This document shows, in pieces, positions 60,497-64,000 of a stretch of DNA of 64,000 nt. The notes below the pieces were generated by a model. That model saw only the letters and a list, made by a program, of their open reading frames with translations, made no database searches and was not told the origin of the DNA. Where the stretch lies: assembly GCA_963764165.1 (NCBI GenBank), contig CAVXRD010000001.1, forward strand, positions 1,632,001 to 1,696,000. The letters are read 5' to 3'. The DNA comes from an uncultured Verrucomicrobiae bacterium (GTDB lineage: Bacteria; Verrucomicrobiota; Verrucomicrobiia; Limisphaerales; Palsa-1400). Every line of letters starts with the position of its first letter. The stretch's first letter is position 1. The position numbers and the translations under genes are program-made.

Positions 60497-60525
60497 AAAC
60501 TAGCAATCCGCCCGAACGCGGTCAA
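60497..60525 (-). promoter_or_regulatory. Sigma70 promoter of the ilv leader
   Basis: TTGACC-17 nt-TAGTTT with an extended -10 TG. Confidence 0.7.
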
Positions 60526-60769
60526 GATTCAATTTTTGCTGGCGGTGAAACCAATTGCATCTCGAACGACGGAATGCGGCCTGATAACGCCCAAATGGGT
60601 CACCCCTTTTCCAAATAGGCTCGGGTGACATGTCATTCATGCAATCATCCTCCCTGATGAATGGCATTATCCCGCTGGAAACTCAAGGTGATTACGCTTG
60701 GCCGTCGTTAAAAACGGCCAAGCGCAAGCCCAATCGAATTCGCCTGTTTACCGCCCGTTCGGAATCAAG

Positions 60770-63700
60770 CTAATAGTTAGCGGGGTTGAGAATCATCGAA
60801 CCGGCGTTGGTTCCAGACAGGAAAAACCCGCCTCCAATGCCGGTGCTCTGCACGGCGGCGCCGGTGGCGGTGATTTTCTTTTTGGCGGAGTTCGTAAATA
60901 CGACTGTCAGCAACCCATTGGTGCGGTTAATGGCGCCGCTGGTGAAGTTTGTTCCAGCAGACACAAGCTTCAATGTATTCAAGGGTGTCAGTTCAACCAA
61001 ATTGGTGAGGCTGTAATCAAGGCCGCCGCCCTCCAATACCAGCCTCATTCCATTCGTGGTGAATGGCGTCACGGCCGCCGCCGAGTTTGTCCAAGCCGAA
61101 CCCGTCACTTGAAGATCATAAAGGGAGAAACCGTTCGTGAAGTTCGCGCTGGAGCGGGAGGTTGGTTTGATCCAGTTGAGGGTTCCGGCAAGGTTGCTTC
61201 CTTCCGAGGTCAGCCAGCCAGCCACCAATCCCGACTTGCTGTAAAGACTGCCGTAAAGTGGCAAACGCCCGGTGCTCGACAGCGGCACCGATTGGCTAAA
61301 CGACGTCCCGTCGGCCAGTTTCACGCTGAGAACATTGGTTCCGAGATAATTGGTCACCAGCAAATAGCCATATCCGGGCGGCGTTCCGTTGTTTGTGCTG
61401 GGTCGAATCACGCCCGTGTATTCCGCCGAACCCACTCCTGGCTGACGCGGCTCGGCGGTCAATTCCGAGGCCCACGTTTCGTTGGAGACGGTGCCGGTAA
61501 TCGTGGGCGGTGTTGTATCCCAGTCGAACCCGAGCACCATGGTTACTTTCCCACCGACTTTGGCCGTGCTCTTGAAAACATTGGTGGCCATGCCGCTGGT
61601 GTTGAAGTTGCTGCTAATGTGATTGACAGCGCCATCCAGCAAGACGCTGCCGCTGTAGGCTCCAGAGGGCGTGACGGTCAACGCGCTCAGCATGCCTGTG
61701 TTCGTTTCTGCAACGGGGTTGGAGGCGGGCAAGAAAAGGCCATTGTAAATCCCTGCTCCTTTGAAGGTATAGGCTGCGGTAACCTTTGCAGTGGCATTGG
61801 TTTTTACAAAGACGCTTGCGTTCGTCGGTAAATTCCAATCATCGAAACTCGCGAAGGTCAGCGAATGGCTCGTGCCAGCCTGGAGGTTCGTAGCGGTCGC
61901 ACCGCTCTTTTCCGTCGCCCCGGAGTCGATCTGCCACGTCGCCGTTTCAGCGAGCACTGCCGGCGTGATGGTCACTTCCACCGACCCGATCGGCGAATAA
62001 GCGCCCGTTGCGATATTCGTGCCGAGACTTACCGGCACCGTTTGACTCTGCGGCGTTACCCACCCCTTGATGGTATTGAAGCTGACGACGTGGCTGCCAG
62101 CTTCCAAACCTGTAACGGTGGCTCCGCTGCTTTTGTAGGCGCCGTCATCCACCTTCCATTTCGCCCCGGCCGAGACAGCCGCTGGCGGGCTGATGGTCAC
62201 TTTCAATGCGGTGACTTCCACCTTGTAGGTGCCGGTAGCGGTCTCTGTTTTTTTTGCTTTGACGCTCACCGTCTGGCTCGCTGGCGTGGTCCAGCCATAG
62301 ATGTTGCTGAAGGTCACGGTATAACTGCCAGCAGCCAAGCCGGAAACTGTCGTGCCGCTGGGCTGCCAAGCTCCCCCGTCCACAGCCCATTGAGCGCCAG
62401 CCGTGACCACGCTGGCGGGCTCAATCGTTACCTTTATCCCGCCTGTCGAAGTGCTGGTGCTGGATGCGCTCAGTTCGTAGACTCCACCATTGCCATTGTT
62501 TCCTCCGCTCGCTGTGGCTCCATAATAATTGCCGTTTGCGCCCGCCACGATCCCCTGCGGACTGCCTCCGGTATCCTTCGTAAGCCAAGCGACGGTGCCC
62601 GGGGCGCTCCCGGGTGTAAATGTAAATATGGTTCCCCGGGAATTCGCGCCGCCCCCAGATGTCACGCCGTAAAATTTGCCGGTTGCTGACGGCGCAAGCG
62701 CGCCAACGGGATAATAACCGTCTTGGCCCTTTTGATCGAAAGAATACAAGGTTGTCAGGGAAAAAACCCCATTTGAGAGACAAAACAGTGTGCCCGAGCC
62801 GGAGCCGTTCGCTCCGCCGGACTCAGTAGTTCCATAAAAGTTTCCATCCGCGCCCTGAGTCAAGCCGTTCGGATAGGCGCCGTCCAAAGAATTGCCGAAG
62901 CCATCCTGCGACTGTCCGAAGTCATGCAAGTCGGAAAAGCTCTCACCAGTTGTTTGAATTCTAAAAATAGTGCCGTCGTAATAGGCCCCGTCATAGGAGG
63001 TCACGCCGTACAGATAGCCGTCTTTGCCTTGGATCATTGGGCTTGATGGGGATCCTCCATCGTAATAATCAAAACTATGCAGAACCGTGAACGCTCTTGA
63101 GGCTGGCGAGAAACTGAAAATTGTGCCATAGCTCCCCCCAAAGTATCCGGGGGTTTTCCCCATCTTCTCGTTTCCATTCCGACGCGTCTCGTCATAACCA
63201 AGGTATCCAGATGTAGTCCCATACAGGTTGCCGTCGGTCCCCAGCGTCAGCGCGGACAGGGGGTCGCTGCCGTCATTGGTTCCTTCTCCGAAATTGTACA
63301 ACGTGCTATACGAACCTGCCGTGCTGATTCGGAATATTAAGCCTTCCCCGAAGTTGCCACCGTATTGAGTGGTGCCGTAAAGGTAGCCGTCACTGCCTTG
63401 GATGATGGGATTGGGGCCGGACCCGCCTGAATAGTCGTCCTTATCCGAGCCGAATTGGTAAAGCGTCGTCGTCTTGCCGCTTGGCGTAATTTTAAGGATG
63501 CTCCCTTCATAGTAAGAACCGCCATATTCGTCCGTGCAATAAACATTGCCATCGCTGCCCAGGATCACGCCTGCATTAAAGGCGTTGTTGGAGAACGAAG
63601 TCAGCGTGGTCAAATTCAAACCAGGCGTTTCCAGCCAGGCGTTGAATTCCTTTAGCGCCCTTTTGTCCAGATTCGTCTTAGTCAATCCATTTACAACGCC

Positions 63701-64000
63701 TCCGAGTGTTGCGTCCGGCCACGAATCCCAGACAAACGAAGATCCTTGGAAAGATGGCAGGAGCGATCGCGGACTGCTCGCATCGCTAAAGAATGCCGCC
63801 ATCGAAACTGAAATGTTGGTTGCGGTTGGCAAGGGTTGCGCGGGACCATCGACGGAATTAACCAGGTTGGTCAGTGTCTCGCGAAATTTCAATTCATCCG
63901 GCTGTTCGTTCGTGCTCAGGTTGAACAGATACGTCTCGCCCGACGGGCGGACGTTGCGGATGAAGTCCGAACCCGCGAAATAGAGTGCGGCGGCGCTGGT
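60770..64000 (-). CDS. Large surface protein with GloVer-type choice-of-anchor tandem repeats and three PEGA-like repeats (5' end outside the window)
   Basis: Repeated G.DG.LYGTT..GG....G.IF and L..F....DG..P; three V.I.P....AGA.W.VD.GA...SG.TV.GL units; frame open to 64000. Confidence 0.85.
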   Translation of the reverse strand, partial: TSAAALYFAGSDFIRNVRPSGETYLFNLSTNEQPDELKFRETLTNLVNSVDGPAQPLPTATNISVSMAAFFSDASSPRSLLPSFQGSSFVWDSWPDATLGGVVNGLTKTNLDKRALKEFNAWLETPGLNLTTLTSFSNNAFNAGVILGSDGNVYCTDEYGGSYYEGSILKITPSGKTTTLYQFGSDKDDYSGGSGPNPIIQGSDGYLYGTTQYGGNFGEGLIFRISTAGSYSTLYNFGEGTNDGSDPLSALTLGTDGNLYGTTSGYLGYDETRRNGNEKMGKTPGYFGGSYGTIFSFSPASRAFTVLHSFDYYDGGSPSSPMIQGKDGYLYGVTSYDGAYYDGTIFRIQTTGESFSDLHDFGQSQDGFGNSLDGAYPNGLTQGADGNFYGTTESGGANGSGSGTLFCLSNGVFSLTTLYSFDQKGQDGYYPVGALAPSATGKFYGVTSGGGANSRGTIFTFTPGSAPGTVAWLTKDTGGSPQGIVAGANGNYYGATASGGNNGNGGVYELSASSTSTSTGGIKVTIEPASVVTAGAQWAVDGGAWQPSGTTVSGLAAGSYTVTFSNIYGWTTPASQTVSVKAKKTETATGTYKVEVTALKVTISPPAAVSAGAKWKVDDGAYKSSGATVTGLEAGSHVVSFNTIKGWVTPQSQTVPVSLGTNIATGAYSPIGSVEVTITPAVLAETATWQIDSGATEKSGATATNLQAGTSHSLTFASFDDWNLPTNASVFVKTNATAKVTAAYTFKGAGIYNGLFLPASNPVAETNTGMLSALTVTPSGAYSGSVLLDGAVNHISSNFNTSGMATNVFKSTAKVGGKVTMVLGFDWDTTPPTITGTVSNETWASELTAEPRQPGVGSAEYTGVIRPSTNNGTPPGYGYLLVTNYLGTNVLSVKLADGTSFSQSVPLSSTGRLPLYGSLYSKSGLVAGWLTSEGSNLAGTLNWIKPTSRSSANFTNGFSLYDLQVTGSAWTNSAAAVTPFTTNGMRLVLEGGGLDYSLTNLVELTPLNTLKLVSAGTNFTSGAINRTNGLLTVVFTNSAKKKITATGAAVQSTGIGGGFFLSGTNAGSMILNPANY

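Overview
GC-rich bacterial chromosomal window, most likely Verrucomicrobiota subdivision 3 (Pedosphaera-like). This is inferred from the DUF1592/DUF1552 pair, the prepilin H-X9-DG proteins, GloVer-type repeats and the intergenic repeat families. Contents: housekeeping genes (folC fused to a HAD hydrolase, sdhCAB, pdxH, ilvN-ilvC); a long minus-strand run joining phosphoketolase-pathway genes (ackA, xfp, pgm, zwf, ROK glucokinase) to a Rieske/cytochrome b-c plus caa3 oxidase operon; an orphan RhuM-family gene; and an ~18 kb pilin-associated glycan-use locus (GH87-like, GH71/99-like, secreted Ig proteins, SGNH-TPR protein, propeller sensor kinase and NarL-type regulator). No rRNA, tRNA, CRISPR array or transposase was recognised. 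Most notable observations: (1) a 31-bp element with a palindromic core inside the rhuM coding sequence that recurs almost exactly over the gene's predicted promoter; (2) an unannotated Ile/Leu/Val-rich leader peptide and terminator upstream of ilvN-ilvC; (3) a shared 19-bp motif at identical spacing from two promoters of the glycan locus; (4) a shared C-terminal 'RFYR' domain on three secreted proteins; (5) two frameshifts that both add one C after CAGTAC. Family assignments come from motif recognition only; no searches were run.
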